This document shows positions 25,429 through 35,200 of a DNA stretch of 64,000 nucleotides, piece after piece. Source of the stretch: an uncultured Eubacteriales bacterium (GTDB lineage Bacteria > Bacillota > Clostridia > Lachnospirales > Bianqueaceae); the NCBI GenBank assembly GCA_902796435.1, contig CADBPG010000005.1, positions 148 through 64,147 of the forward strand, in the 5' to 3' direction. The translations under genes and the position numbers were made by a program. The stretch's first letter is position 1; every line of letters begins with the position of its first letter. The notes under the pieces were generated by a model, which saw only the letters and a program-made list of their open reading frames with translations, searched no databases and was not told the origin of the DNA.

Positions 25429-25740
25429 ATGATCACATCCAAACAACGTGCATATCTGCGTTCTTTAAGTGCGGTCATGGATCCGATCTTCCAGATCGGC
25501 AAAAGCGGCGTGACACCGGAACTGATCAGCGCCATCGATCAGGCGCTGGAAGCCCGGGAACTGATCAAGATCAACGTCCTGCCGAATTGTGAAGAGCTGG
25601 AGGGCGATGCCTACGCGCTTTGCGATGTTGTGGCAGCGCGCACCCACGCGGAACCGGTGCAGGTCATCGGACATAAGTTCGCCTTGTACCGTCGAGCGGA
25701 AAAGCCGCAGATCGAATTGCCCAAAGCAAAAAAGAAATGA
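25429..25740 (+). CDS. yhbY: Ribosome assembly RNA-binding protein YhbY (CRM domain)
   Basis: LRSLSAVMDPIFQIGKSGVT...; about 100 aa, after obg. Confidence 0.85.
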   Translation: MITSKQRAYLRSLSAVMDPIFQIGKSGVTPELISAIDQALEARELIKINVLPNCEELEGDAYALCDVVAARTHAEPVQVIGHKFALYRRAEKPQIELPKAKKK

Positions 25741-25747
25741 GCTTGTC

Positions 25748-26335
25748 ATGAAGCAGAAGATCGCCATCATGGGCGGCACCTTTGATCCGATTCACTTAGG
25801 ACACCTGATGATCGCGGAAATGGTCCGTTCCGATGCGGGCATGGACCGCATCCTGTTTATTCCCTCCGGCAATCCGCCGCATAAGCAGGATCATGAGATC
25901 ACAGCTCCTGAGGATCGTTTCGAAATGACGCGGCTTGCCATCGCCGATCATCCATATTTCGATGTTTCCAGGATCGAGATCGACCGTCCGGGCACGACCT
26001 ACACCTACGATACCATGCGTGCGCTGAACTCAGAAAATGATGGGTCCTGCGACTATTATTTCATTTTAGGCGCGGATGCCTTCGATTATGTGCCGTATTG
26101 GAAAGAGGCGGAAAAGGTCATCCAGGAGGTACAGTTCCTGGTGGTGGCAAGACCGGGTTATACGGTAGCACCGCTTGCCAATATGCCGCAGGTCCGCTAT
26201 CAGACGGTAGAAATGCCGCAGATCGACATTTCTTCCACGGAGATCCGAAATCGGGTCAGAGAAGGGCGTTCGATCCGATATCTAGTGCCTGAACCGGTCC
26301 GTGCCTACATAGAAGAGCGGAAAATCTATTCCTAA
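25748..26335 (+). CDS. nadD: Nicotinate-nucleotide adenylyltransferase
   Basis: ATG 25748 (MKQKIAIMGGTFDPIHLGHL, an HxGH motif) and ISSTEIR near the C-terminus. Confidence 0.9.
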   Translation: MKQKIAIMGGTFDPIHLGHLMIAEMVRSDAGMDRILFIPSGNPPHKQDHEITAPEDRFEMTRLAIADHPYFDVSRIEIDRPGTTYTYDTMRALNSENDGSCDYYFILGADAFDYVPYWKEAEKVIQEVQFLVVARPGYTVAPLANMPQVRYQTVEMPQIDISSTEIRNRVREGRSIRYLVPEPVRAYIEERKIYS

Positions 26336-26349
26336 GGACCATAAATATA

Positions 26350-26964
26350 ATGAAAGAATATAAAAAACTCCGTGGGGAGATCATAGATCGGCTGCAAAAA
26401 GAGCTCAAGGATTCGCGTTATCGTCATACTTTGGGTGTGGAATCCACGGCAGTCGCTTTGGCACGCCGGTTTGGCGCAGATGAGCAGGAAGCATCCATCG
26501 CGGCCTTGCTGCATGACGTGGCCAAGTATGTACCAGCTGAAGAGCAACTGGAATGGATCCGCAAGGGAAAGATCGGTGCACAGTTTCCGGATATCGACCA
26601 ATATCCCAAGCTTTTGCATGCATTTGCCGGTGCGGAGATCTGTGCCCATGATTATCCGCAGCTGCCGGAATGTGTGATCGACGCGATCCGATATCATACG
26701 ACCGGACGTTCGCATATGGGCCTGATGGAAAAAATCATCTTTGCGGCTGATTATATCGAACCAGGCCGTGTCCAATTTATTGGACTTCAAGAAGCGAGAG
26801 AACAAACGTTCGCGGATCTGGATCTAGGCGTGGGTTTGATCCTGAAACAGACGATCGCGTATCTGGAGCAAAACGGCGCACCATGTTTTCCATTAACACA
26901 GGAAGCGTACAAGCATTTTGTCGATGATTCTATGAATGTACTGGAAAAGCTTCCAGGAGTGTGA
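26350..26964 (+). CDS. yqeK: HD-domain bis(5'-nucleosyl)-tetraphosphatase YqeK
   Basis: HTLGVESTAVALA ... LLHDVAK ... RYHTTG; conserved nadD-yqeK-rsfS order. Confidence 0.85.
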   Translation: MKEYKKLRGEIIDRLQKELKDSRYRHTLGVESTAVALARRFGADEQEASIAALLHDVAKYVPAEEQLEWIRKGKIGAQFPDIDQYPKLLHAFAGAEICAHDYPQLPECVIDAIRYHTTGRSHMGLMEKIIFAADYIEPGRVQFIGLQEAREQTFADLDLGVGLILKQTIAYLEQNGAPCFPLTQEAYKHFVDDSMNVLEKLPGV

Positions 26965-26991
26965 TATAATCACGGGAAGGAGGAACTGCAT

Positions 26992-27384
26992 ATGTCTGAT
27001 AACAATAAGATCGATCAGGATCTGATCATCTCAAAGAAAATGTGCAAGCTGGCGTACGATGCATTGGATGATAAGCAAGGCATGGATATAAAAGTTTTGG
27101 ATATCCACGATATATCTGTCCTGGCTGATTATTTCATCATCGCACATGGTAATAATCCAAATCACGTGCAGGCGTTGATCGATGCCGTGGATGATTCATT
27201 AAGCAAGAACGGTTATACCGTAAAAAGTATTGAAGGTTATCAAACCGGTTCCTGGATCCTGATGGACGCAGAGCGGATCATCGTGCATGTGTTCCATAAA
27301 GATGCCAGATTGTTCTACGATCTGGAGCGTATCTGGTCGGATGGCCGGATCATCGATCCTGCGGAGCTTACGGAGCAGAATTGA
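26992..27384 (+). CDS. rsfS: Ribosome silencing factor RsfS
   Basis: LADYFIIAHGNNPNHVQAL ... WILMDAERIIVHVFH. Confidence 0.9.
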   Translation: MSDNNKIDQDLIISKKMCKLAYDALDDKQGMDIKVLDIHDISVLADYFIIAHGNNPNHVQALIDAVDDSLSKNGYTVKSIEGYQTGSWILMDAERIIVHVFHKDARLFYDLERIWSDGRIIDPAELTEQN

Positions 27385-27397
27385 CTGTTCCATACAT

Positions 27398-27431
27398 AAC
27401 TATTCGTAAAAGGCATGTTTTACGAATAGTT
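27398..27431 (+). terminator. Hairpin after rsfS (probable terminator)
   Basis: A 14-bp perfect stem, AACTATTCGTAAAA / TTTTACGAATAGTT. The T-run appears only after AGAGGG. Confidence 0.5.
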
Positions 27432-27511
27432 AGAGGGTTTTTGACAGGGGTATCCCATAAAACCCCTTTTCAATGCTGTTTTTATCAATTTGGAAAGGAT
27501 CTGTAACTATA

Positions 27512-28951
27512 ATGGCTGATCAAAAGAAAATGGTCGAAGCTATCACATCTATGGATGTCGACTTCGCTAAATGGTACACAGACGTAATCAAAAAAGCCGA
27601 ACTCATCGATTATACCAGCGTCAAAGGCTGTATGGTCTTCCGTCCGTACGGTTACGCGATCTGGGAAAACATCCAGAAGGATCTGGACGCGCGTTTTAAA
27701 AAGACGGGGCATGAAAACGTTTATATGCCCATGCTGATCCCGGAAAGCCTGCTGCAGAAGGAAAAGGACCATGTACAGGGGTTTGCGCCGGAAGTCGCAT
27801 GGGTCACCCAGGGCGGCGAAGAAAAGCTGGCAGAGCGCCTCTGCATCCGCCCCACTTCCGAGACCCTCTTCTGTGAACATTACGCGAAGGTGATCAATTC
27901 CTACAGAGATCTTCCTAAATTATATAATCAGTGGTGTTCTGTCATGCGTTGGGAAAAGACGACACGTCCGTTCCTGCGCAATTCCGAATTCTTGTGGCAG
28001 GAAGGTCATACCATGCATGAGACTGCCGAAGAAGCCAAGGAAGAAACCCTCAGAATGCTGAAAACTTACAAGGATTTCTTCGAAGAAACCCTTGCGATCC
28101 CGGTCATCGATGGCCAGAAGACGGAAAAAGAGAAATTCGCCGGTGCGGAAGCCACTTATACAGTAGAAGCCATGATGCACAACGGCGTCGCGCTGCAGGC
28201 CGGTACCTCCCATTACTTTGGTGATGGTTTTGCCCGCAGCTTCGATATCACCTTTGCCGGACGTGACAATACGCTGCAGTATCCGCATCAGACCTCCTGG
28301 GGCGTTTCCACGCGTATGATCGGTGGCGTGATCATGGTCCATGGTGATGATAACGGACTGGTCCTGCCGCCGCGTATCGCTCCGATCCAGGTGGCAATCA
28401 TTCCGATTGCGATGCACAAAGAAGGTGTTCTGGATGCGGCCAATGCCTTGAAAGAACGTCTGGCCGAGACTTTCCGCGTTAAACTGGACGCTACCGATAA
28501 TTCTCCGGGATGGAAATTCGCTGAATATGAAATGCGCGGTGTGCCGCTGCGTCTGGAGATCGGTCCCAAGGATATCGCCAATGGTCAGTGTGTTCTGGTC
28601 CGTCGTGATACCCGTGAAAAGTCCTTCGTACCGCTGGATCAGCTGGAAGAAGCCATCCAGAACCTGCTGGATCAGATCCACGACAATCTGTACGCCCGTG
28701 CGCTGGAAAACCTGCACGCACGCATGTACGAAGCTCGTACACACGAGGAATTCCTGGATATCGCCCAGAACAAATCCGGATTCATCAAAGCCATGTGGTG
28801 TGGTGATTCGGCCTGCGAAGACCAGATCAAGGATGAGACCGGCGGCGTAAAATCCCGCTGCATCCCCTTCACCGAAGAACAACTGTCCGATGTCTGTGTA
28901 TGCTGCGGCAAGCCCGCGAAGCATATGCTGATCTGGGGACGTCAATATTGA
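27512..28951 (+). CDS. proS: Proline--tRNA ligase, archaeal/eukaryote-like short form without an INS editing domain
   Basis: ATG 27512 (MADQKKMVE...); class II motifs ([32 protein letters not shown]); C-terminal Cys-rich zinc-binding tail ending in Y. Confidence 0.9.
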   Translation: MADQKKMVEAITSMDVDFAKWYTDVIKKAELIDYTSVKGCMVFRPYGYAIWENIQKDLDARFKKTGHENVYMPMLIPESLLQKEKDHVQGFAPEVAWVTQGGEEKLAERLCIRPTSETLFCEHYAKVINSYRDLPKLYNQWCSVMRWEKTTRPFLRNSEFLWQEGHTMHETAEEAKEETLRMLKTYKDFFEETLAIPVIDGQKTEKEKFAGAEATYTVEAMMHNGVALQAGTSHYFGDGFARSFDITFAGRDNTLQYPHQTSWGVSTRMIGGVIMVHGDDNGLVLPPRIAPIQVAIIPIAMHKEGVLDAANALKERLAETFRVKLDATDNSPGWKFAEYEMRGVPLRLEIGPKDIANGQCVLVRRDTREKSFVPLDQLEEAIQNLLDQIHDNLYARALENLHARMYEARTHEEFLDIAQNKSGFIKAMWCGDSACEDQIKDETGGVKSRCIPFTEEQLSDVCVCCGKPAKHMLIWGRQY

Positions 28952-28962
28952 TCAAATGCAGC

Positions 28963-28998
28963 AATGACGGCGCTATGAGACATCCATACGCCGTCATT
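28963..28998 (+). terminator. Hairpin after proS (probable terminator, weak T-tail)
   Basis: AATGACGGCG ... CGCCGTCATT, a 10-bp stem with a 16-nt loop. Confidence 0.4.
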
Positions 28999-29023
28999 TG
29001 TCATAGGAGTGATTGTATTAATT

Positions 29024-30073
29024 ATGGAATATCATGAGCAGCAAAGACGGGAAAATATTCGCAAGCTCCGGGAGCTCATCCTGGAGTTGCCGGAGTTCTG
29101 CGTCGACTATTTCCGGGGCATCGAACCGACCACGGCTGAGAGGACCCGTTTAGGATATGCGCATGATCTGCGGATCTTTTTCCAGTTTCTTCTGGAATAT
29201 GAGCCTTCTTTGCAAGGCAAGACCATGCATGAGATCACTTTACAGGATCTGGACAAGATCGGTTCGCAGCAGCTGGAACTGTTTCTGGACTACCTCTCCT
29301 ACTATTCTAAACCTGGGGAAGATGAAGAATACCAGAACGGAGAACGCGGAAAAGCGCGTAAGATCAGCGCTGTACGTAGCCTTTTCAAGTATTTCTATAA
29401 AAAAGAAGAATTGTCCGCCAATCCTGCGCAGCTGGTCAGCACGCCGAAGATCCACGAAAAGAACATCATCCGGCTGGATACGGACGAGATCGCGCGGATG
29501 CTGGACGAGGTGGAATCCGGCGAAAAGCTGACGGAACGGCAGCAGAAATACCATGCACATACGAAGATCCGGGATCTGGCGCTGGTCACCCTGCTTTTAG
29601 GCACCGGCATGCGTGTTTCCGAATGTGTAGGTCTGGATATCACCGACATCGATTTTGCCAATAACGGGCTCAGGATCGTGCGCAAGGGCGGCAATCAGAC
29701 CATCCTCTACTTCGGTTCTGAAGTGGAAGACGTGCTGCGGGAATACCTCCCTTGGCGTAAGCAGATCGAGGCTGTGCCAGGTCATGAGAACGCACTCTTC
29801 CTTTCCATGCAGAGAAAGCGTCTTACGGTGCGTGCGGTAGAAAACCTGGTCAAGAAATACGCGAAAACTGTAACGCAGTTGAAGAACATTTCACCGCATA
29901 AACTGCGTAGTTCCTACGGTACGGCATTATATAATGAAACCGGGGACATCTATCTGGTCGCGGATGTGCTGGGTCATAAGGACGTCAATACAACGCGGAA
30001 ACACTATGCGCAGATCGAAGAAAACCGCCGCCGTGGCGCGGCCAACGCGATCCATCTGCGCAGGGATGATTAA
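29024..30073 (+). CDS. Tyrosine-type site-specific recombinase, XerS/XerC-like
   Basis: It has an N-terminal SAM-like core-binding domain and a catalytic domain (TGMRVSE, HKLRSSYGTALY, LGHKDVNTTRKHY) giving the R..HxxR..Y residues. The length of about 350 aa resembles XerS. Confidence 0.8.
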   Translation: MEYHEQQRRENIRKLRELILELPEFCVDYFRGIEPTTAERTRLGYAHDLRIFFQFLLEYEPSLQGKTMHEITLQDLDKIGSQQLELFLDYLSYYSKPGEDEEYQNGERGKARKISAVRSLFKYFYKKEELSANPAQLVSTPKIHEKNIIRLDTDEIARMLDEVESGEKLTERQQKYHAHTKIRDLALVTLLLGTGMRVSECVGLDITDIDFANNGLRIVRKGGNQTILYFGSEVEDVLREYLPWRKQIEAVPGHENALFLSMQRKRLTVRAVENLVKKYAKTVTQLKNISPHKLRSSYGTALYNETGDIYLVADVLGHKDVNTTRKHYAQIEENRRRGAANAIHLRRDD

Positions 30074-30084
30074 GAGAGGCTGTT

Positions 30085-30717
30085 ATGGCAAAACTGTATT
30101 TTAAATTCGGCGCCATGGGGTCTTCCAAGACCGCACAGGCGCTGATGACCAAATTCAACTACGAGGAAAAAGGCAAAAAAGTCCTATTCATCAAACCTTC
30201 CATCGATACGCGGGACGATGTGGTGGATGATCAGGGCAATGTCCACACCATAGCGCGCTCTCGCATTGGGCTGAACGCCGAGGCTTTGGCAGTCGGTCAG
30301 GACGTGGAGATCCGCGAATTGTATCATAAACTCTGCGTGCAGGACGGGCATTATGACGTGGTGATCTGTGATGAATGCCAGTTTCTGACCGATGCGCAGG
30401 TCAATCAGATGAAAGGCCTGGCCGACTGGGACGATGTTCCGGTCCTCTGCTTCGGCCTGCGGGCGGATTTCCAGACACTCCTCTTCCCCGGCTCGAAACG
30501 TTTGTTCGAGATCGCGGACAGTATCACGGAGATCAAATCTGTCTGTCGGTGCGGCCGCAAGGCAACAGTCAACGCCCGGTTCGATGATCATGGCATGATC
30601 GTGACGGAAGGCGCACAGGTCGTACTTGGCGGCAATGACCGGTACGAAGGCATGTGCTATAAATGCTATCGTGAATTGATCGATCAGCAGAAACAAGGAT
30701 ATCAGCTGCGGCTGTAA
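30085..30717 (+). CDS. tdk: Thymidine kinase
   Basis: Has the P-loop GAMGSSKT, DECQFL and a zinc ribbon (CRCGRKA ... CYKC). Confidence 0.9.
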   Translation: MAKLYFKFGAMGSSKTAQALMTKFNYEEKGKKVLFIKPSIDTRDDVVDDQGNVHTIARSRIGLNAEALAVGQDVEIRELYHKLCVQDGHYDVVICDECQFLTDAQVNQMKGLADWDDVPVLCFGLRADFQTLLFPGSKRLFEIADSITEIKSVCRCGRKATVNARFDDHGMIVTEGAQVVLGGNDRYEGMCYKCYRELIDQQKQGYQLRL

Positions 30718-30763
30718 ACCGTAGTTCAGGTATATTATGAATCCATAAGGAGGTGCCGTTTCA

Positions 30764-31435
30764 ATGGACATCAAAGAAATTTTATCCAAGGTCGACCATA
30801 CACTGCTGAATCAGGCCGCGACCTGGGACGAGATTCGCGCCATCTGCGATGACGGGATCCGTTATCAGACCGCATCTGTCTGTATTCCGGCTTCTTATGT
30901 GCGTCAGGCCAAGGATTACGTGGGAGACCGTCTGAAGATCTGCACGGTCATCGGGTTCCCCAACGGATATTCAACGACCGCCGTCAAGTGTTTCGAGGCT
31001 GCGGACGCCGTCGCTAATGGTGCGGATGAGATCGACATGGTCATCAACATCGGATGGGTCAAGGACAAAAAGTACGACGAACTGCTGCAGGAGATCCGAC
31101 AGATCAAGGAAGCCTGCGCGGGAAGACTGCTTAAGGTCATCATCGAGACCTGCCTTTTGACCGATGAGGAAAAGATCAAAATGTGCGAGATCGTTTCTGC
31201 CTCCGGCGCTGATTACATCAAGACTTCCACAGGTTTCTCCACCGGCGGAGCCACCAAGGAGGATGTTGCTTTGTTCGCCGCTCATGTGGCAGATCACGTC
31301 AAGATCAAGGCTGCGGGCGGCATCTCTTCCATCCAGGATGCTGAGGACTTTATCAATCTGGGTGCCAGCCGCCTGGGTACGAGCCGCATCGTCAAACTGG
31401 TCAAGGCGGAAAGCGTGCCGGAAGGAACCTACTGA
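30764..31435 (+). CDS. deoC: Deoxyribose-phosphate aldolase
   Basis: IDHTLL-type start (VDHTLLNQ), KVIIET and YIKTSTGF (Schiff-base Lys region). Confidence 0.9.
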   Translation: MDIKEILSKVDHTLLNQAATWDEIRAICDDGIRYQTASVCIPASYVRQAKDYVGDRLKICTVIGFPNGYSTTAVKCFEAADAVANGADEIDMVINIGWVKDKKYDELLQEIRQIKEACAGRLLKVIIETCLLTDEEKIKMCEIVSASGADYIKTSTGFSTGGATKEDVALFAAHVADHVKIKAAGGISSIQDAEDFINLGASRLGTSRIVKLVKAESVPEGTY

Positions 31436-31476
31436 GATCTGCAAATAAAAAGAAAAAGAAAAGGAGATGACTCAAA

Positions 31477-32229
31477 ATGGCATTACCGTATCCAGCCCCT
31501 ACGCCCCATATCGCCGCAAAACCGGGTGATTTTGCTCCGACTGTATTGATGCCGGGCGATCCTTTGCGTTCCAAGTTCATCGCAGAGAATTTCCTTGAAG
31601 ATATCAGGATGGTCAACAATGTCCGCAGCGTGCACGGATATACCGGAACCTATAAGGGCATCCCGGTCAGTGTCATGGCCAGCGGCATGGGTATCCCGTC
31701 GATCGGCATCTATTCCTACGAACTGTTCAATTTCTTTGATGTGCAGAACATCATCCGTGTAGGCTCTGCCGGCTCCATGCAGGAGGACGTACACATCCGG
31801 GATATCGTGTTCGGTATGGGTGCCTGCACCACGTCCAGCTATGCGAACCAGTATCATCTGCCGGGCACTTACGCCGCCATCGCAAGCTATCCGCTGCTGA
31901 AGACGGCTGTGGATGTGGCAGACCGCTTAGGCGCGAAATATCATGTTGGCAATATCCTCTCCTCCGATCCTTTCTATGGAGATGACGCAGATCTGCCTAC
32001 GGCGCTGCAGGGTTCTCAGAACTGGAAAAAGATGGGCGTCATGGCTGTGGAAATGGAAGCGGCCGGCCTGTACATGACAGCGGCCCGCGCCAAGAAAAAC
32101 GCGCTGGCCATCTGCACCATCTCGGACAATCTGTTCGATCCCAGCCAGAATACCACCGCGGAAGAACGGCAGACCTCCTTCACTGAAATGATGCAGGTCG
32201 CCCTGGAGACCGCAAAGGAGATGTACTGA
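31477..32229 (+). CDS. deoD: Purine nucleoside phosphorylase, DeoD type
   Basis: TPHIAAKPGDFAPTVLMPGDPLR, SVMASGMGIPS, AVEMEAAGLY. Confidence 0.9.
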   Translation: MALPYPAPTPHIAAKPGDFAPTVLMPGDPLRSKFIAENFLEDIRMVNNVRSVHGYTGTYKGIPVSVMASGMGIPSIGIYSYELFNFFDVQNIIRVGSAGSMQEDVHIRDIVFGMGACTTSSYANQYHLPGTYAAIASYPLLKTAVDVADRLGAKYHVGNILSSDPFYGDDADLPTALQGSQNWKKMGVMAVEMEAAGLYMTAARAKKNALAICTISDNLFDPSQNTTAEERQTSFTEMMQVALETAKEMY

Positions 32230-32231
32230 TC

Positions 32232-33386
32232 ATGGCCAAACGTGTATTTCTGATCGTCCTGGATTCCTGCGGCATCGGTGAAGAGCCAGACGCCCATCTG
32301 TTCGGAGATCATGACTGCAATACCATGAAGCGGATCTCCACGGATCCTGCCTACCGGAACGATACGATGCGCTCCCTGGGCCTGGCCAATATCGATGGTC
32401 AGGAGTATCTTGGCCCGGTCGAGGCACCAAAAGGCGCGGTCGCAAGGCTGAGAGAAGCTTCCATGGGCAAGGATACCACCATCGGACATTGGGAGATCGC
32501 CGGCATCCAGTCGGACCAGCCCATGCCCACCTATCCCCAGGGCTTTCCGGAGGAGATCCTGGACCAGTTCCGGGCTGCTACCGGCCGAGGCGTACTTTGC
32601 AACCTTCCCTATTCCGGCACCGACGTGATCCGGGATTATGGTGAAGAGCATCTGCGCACTGGTGATCTGATCGTATATACCTCTGCGGACTCGGTCTTCC
32701 AGATCGCGGCTCACGAGAGAATCGTTCCGCTGGAGCAACTGTATGAATATTGCCGGATGGCCAGAAATATCCTGACTGGACCCCATGCGGTCGGCCGGGT
32801 GATCGCCCGCCCCTTCGTTGGGACCTGTGCGGCTGATTTCAAGCGTACCGCAAATCGGCATGATTTCTCCCTCGAACCGCCTGCAGAAACCATTCTGGAC
32901 GCGGTCAAGGCCAGTGGAAAAACGGTATACTCCATCGGTAAGATCTACGATATCTTCGCGGGCAAAGGCATCACGGAATATGTCTATACCCACGGCAATA
33001 CCGAAGGCATGGAAAAGACCCTGGAGGCGCTGGACAAGGACTTTACAGGCCTTTGCTTCACCAATCTGGTGGATTTTGACATGCTGTACGGCCACCGGCA
33101 GGATATCCATGGATATGCCTCCGCGTTTGCGGAATTCGATGGCTGGCTTGAAGGTTTCATCAGCAAAATGCGTCCGGATGACGTGGTCATGATCACGGCC
33201 GACCATGGCTGTGACCCGGGCGATGATCATACCGACCATACCCGTGAATATGTGCCGCTGGTCATGTACGGGCCAAATCTCAAGCCGCAGAATTTCGGCA
33301 CACAGCCTACCTTTGCCGCCATCGCGGCCACGGTCGCCAGTCTCCTGGATGTTCCTTACACCTGCGAGGGAAAGGCGCTGTTATGA
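32232..33386 (+). CDS. deoB: Phosphopentomutase
   Basis: RVFLIVLDSCGIGE, GKDTTIGHWE, TADHGCDP. Confidence 0.95.
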   Translation: MAKRVFLIVLDSCGIGEEPDAHLFGDHDCNTMKRISTDPAYRNDTMRSLGLANIDGQEYLGPVEAPKGAVARLREASMGKDTTIGHWEIAGIQSDQPMPTYPQGFPEEILDQFRAATGRGVLCNLPYSGTDVIRDYGEEHLRTGDLIVYTSADSVFQIAAHERIVPLEQLYEYCRMARNILTGPHAVGRVIARPFVGTCAADFKRTANRHDFSLEPPAETILDAVKASGKTVYSIGKIYDIFAGKGITEYVYTHGNTEGMEKTLEALDKDFTGLCFTNLVDFDMLYGHRQDIHGYASAFAEFDGWLEGFISKMRPDDVVMITADHGCDPGDDHTDHTREYVPLVMYGPNLKPQNFGTQPTFAAIAATVASLLDVPYTCEGKALL

Positions 33387-33802
33387 ACCGGGAAGAGCTT
33401 TGCCGTGCCGCACTCAAGGCCATGAGAACGGCCTATGCTCCGTATTCCGACTATTATGTAGGTGCGGCGCTGGAATGTGCCGATGGCACAGTATATACTG
33501 GCTGTAATATCGAGAACGCTTCCTACACACCTACCATATGCGCGGAGCGTGTGGCTATCTTCAAGGCAGTCAGTGATGGAAAGCGTGATTTCAAGCGGAT
33601 CGCGGTCTGTGGCGGCAAGGAAGGCGTCGTTGCGGATATCTTCCCGCCCTGCGGAGTCTGCCGCCAGGTAATGAGTGAATTCTGCACTTCAGCCTTCGAG
33701 ATCCTCATGATCCGCAGCGAGGATCCGCTCCAATTCGAGACAGTCACGCTGGTGGATCTGCTCCCCTTCCGCTTCACTCCGGAGCATCTGGAGCAGATAT
33801 AA
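33383..33802 (+). CDS. cdd: Cytidine deaminase
   Basis: CAERVAIFKAV and PCGVCRQVM zinc motifs. The start overlaps the deoB stop (ATGA). Confidence 0.9.
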   Translation: MNREELCRAALKAMRTAYAPYSDYYVGAALECADGTVYTGCNIENASYTPTICAERVAIFKAVSDGKRDFKRIAVCGGKEGVVADIFPPCGVCRQVMSEFCTSAFEILMIRSEDPLQFETVTLVDLLPFRFTPEHLEQI

Positions 33803-33859
33803 AAAAAGTATTGTTTCTATTGATTTTTAACTGAAAATCAGTATAATAATTATGATGTT

Positions 33860-33878
33860 ATGCAATCATTTATTGCAT
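33860..33878. promoter_or_regulatory. Perfect 7-bp inverted repeat, ATGCAAT-N5-ATTGCAT (candidate operator)
   Basis: It lies just downstream of a TTGATT-N16-TATAAT promoter-like element (33820-33847) and 31 nt upstream of the transporter's ATG. Confidence 0.4.
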
Positions 33879-33908
33879 TGCAAATCATATGTATAAGGAG
33901 AAAGAAAA

Positions 33909-35096
33909 ATGAAAAAACTCTTGAGCCTGCTGCTCGCTGTCTCCATGGTTTGCATCATGATGGCCGGTTGTGCCAAGAAGGATGCTGCTCCTGCTGCCAG
34001 CGACGAGAAAGAATCCGCAGCCACTGCTGAAGAGGGCGAGGCCGAGGCCGCACCCGCAGCTGCTGCAGACATCAGTGTTGCTATGATCACCGACTATGGT
34101 GATATCACCGACCAGTCCTTCAACCAGACCACCTACGAAGCCTGCAAGGCTTTCTGCGATGCCAATGGTGTGAAGTTCACCTACTACAAGCCCGCGTCTG
34201 ACTCTGATGAGGATCGTATCGCCATGATCGAATCCGCCATCGACGAAGGTTACAACGTTGTTGTTATGCCGGGTTATGCTTTCGGTAAGGCAATCGAAGC
34301 TACCGCCGAGAACTATTCTGATGTTACCTTCATCGCACTGGACGTTTCCGCTGGTGACTTCTCTGAAGGCTATCAGATCCCCGCTAACCTCTACTCTGCT
34401 GTTTATCAGGAAGAGCTTTGCGGTTACATGGCTGGTTACGCAGCTGTCAAGCTGGGTTACAAGAACCTGGGCTTCCTGGGCGGCATGGCTGTTCCCGCTG
34501 TTCAGCGCTATGGCTACGGCTTCGTCCAGGGTGCAGACGCTGCTGCAAGTGCTGCTGGTCTGACCGACGTTACCCTGAAGTATGCTTATGGCAACCAGTT
34601 CTACGGCGATGCTGATATCACCGCTGCTATGGACACCTGGTATGCCGGTGGTGTTGAGATCGTCTTCGCTTGTGGCGGTGGTATCTTCACTTCTGCTGCT
34701 GAAGCTGCTGCCAAGGTCGGCGGCAAGGTCATCGGCGTTGACGTTGATCAAAAGGGTATCATCGATGGTACCTATGGCGATGGCATGACCGTTACCTCCG
34801 CTATGAAGGGTCTGGCTGCTACCGTTAACACCATGCTGCAGGTCGTTGTTGATGGCAAGTTCGCTGAGTACGGTGGAAAGATCGATACTCTGGGTCTGGT
34901 TTCCGAGAATCCGGAAGAGAACTATGTACAGCTTGCTACCTCCACGCAGTTCGCTGATGGTTTCACCGAAGATGATTACAAGGCACTGGTTGCTGATATG
35001 TTCAACGGTAAGGTCACCGTTTCCAACGATATCACCAAGGCTGCTGCCGACTACGCTACCGTGATCACCGTTGATGATCAGGGCAACATTAAATAA
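33909..35096 (+). CDS. BMP-family (PnrA/Med-like) ABC transporter substrate-binding lipoprotein, probably for nucleosides
   Basis: It has a lipoprotein signal with lipobox (LLAVSMVCIMMAGC) and the BMP family core (AMITDYGDITDQSFNQ). It sits in a nucleoside-catabolism context. Confidence 0.85.
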   Translation: MKKLLSLLLAVSMVCIMMAGCAKKDAAPAASDEKESAATAEEGEAEAAPAAAADISVAMITDYGDITDQSFNQTTYEACKAFCDANGVKFTYYKPASDSDEDRIAMIESAIDEGYNVVVMPGYAFGKAIEATAENYSDVTFIALDVSAGDFSEGYQIPANLYSAVYQEELCGYMAGYAAVKLGYKNLGFLGGMAVPAVQRYGYGFVQGADAAASAAGLTDVTLKYAYGNQFYGDADITAAMDTWYAGGVEIVFACGGGIFTSAAEAAAKVGGKVIGVDVDQKGIIDGTYGDGMTVTSAMKGLAATVNTMLQVVVDGKFAEYGGKIDTLGLVSENPEENYVQLATSTQFADGFTEDDYKALVADMFNGKVTVSNDITKAAADYATVITVDDQGNIK

Positions 35097-35118
35097 TCAG
35101 AGAAAAAGCTTTAAGAAC

Positions 35119-35161
35119 GGGAAGAGTCTATATGGGTTTCATATAGGCTCTCCCCTTTTTC
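35119..35161 (+). terminator. Intra-operon hairpin/attenuator after the substrate-binding protein gene
   Basis: An imperfect roughly 15-bp stem, GGGAAGAGTCTATAT / ATATAGGCTCTCCCC, followed by TTTTT. Confidence 0.55.
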
Positions 35162-35200
35162 AAATCCGATCATATTGATTATGAAGGGAAGGAACCATCT

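Noticed and set aside
27385-27511. A T-box leader upstream of proS.
   Set aside because: Only about 125 nt are available and most of it is the rsfS terminator hairpin. I saw no specifier-loop or T-box (AANNNGGTGNTACCGCG-like) sequence.
29024-30073. The tyrosine recombinase as the integrase of a prophage or integrative element.
   Set aside because: The flanking genes are proS and tdk/deo housekeeping genes. No att-like direct repeats, tRNA target, excisionase, or phage or conjugation genes are nearby. The tRNA-Thr at 58553 is 28 kb away.
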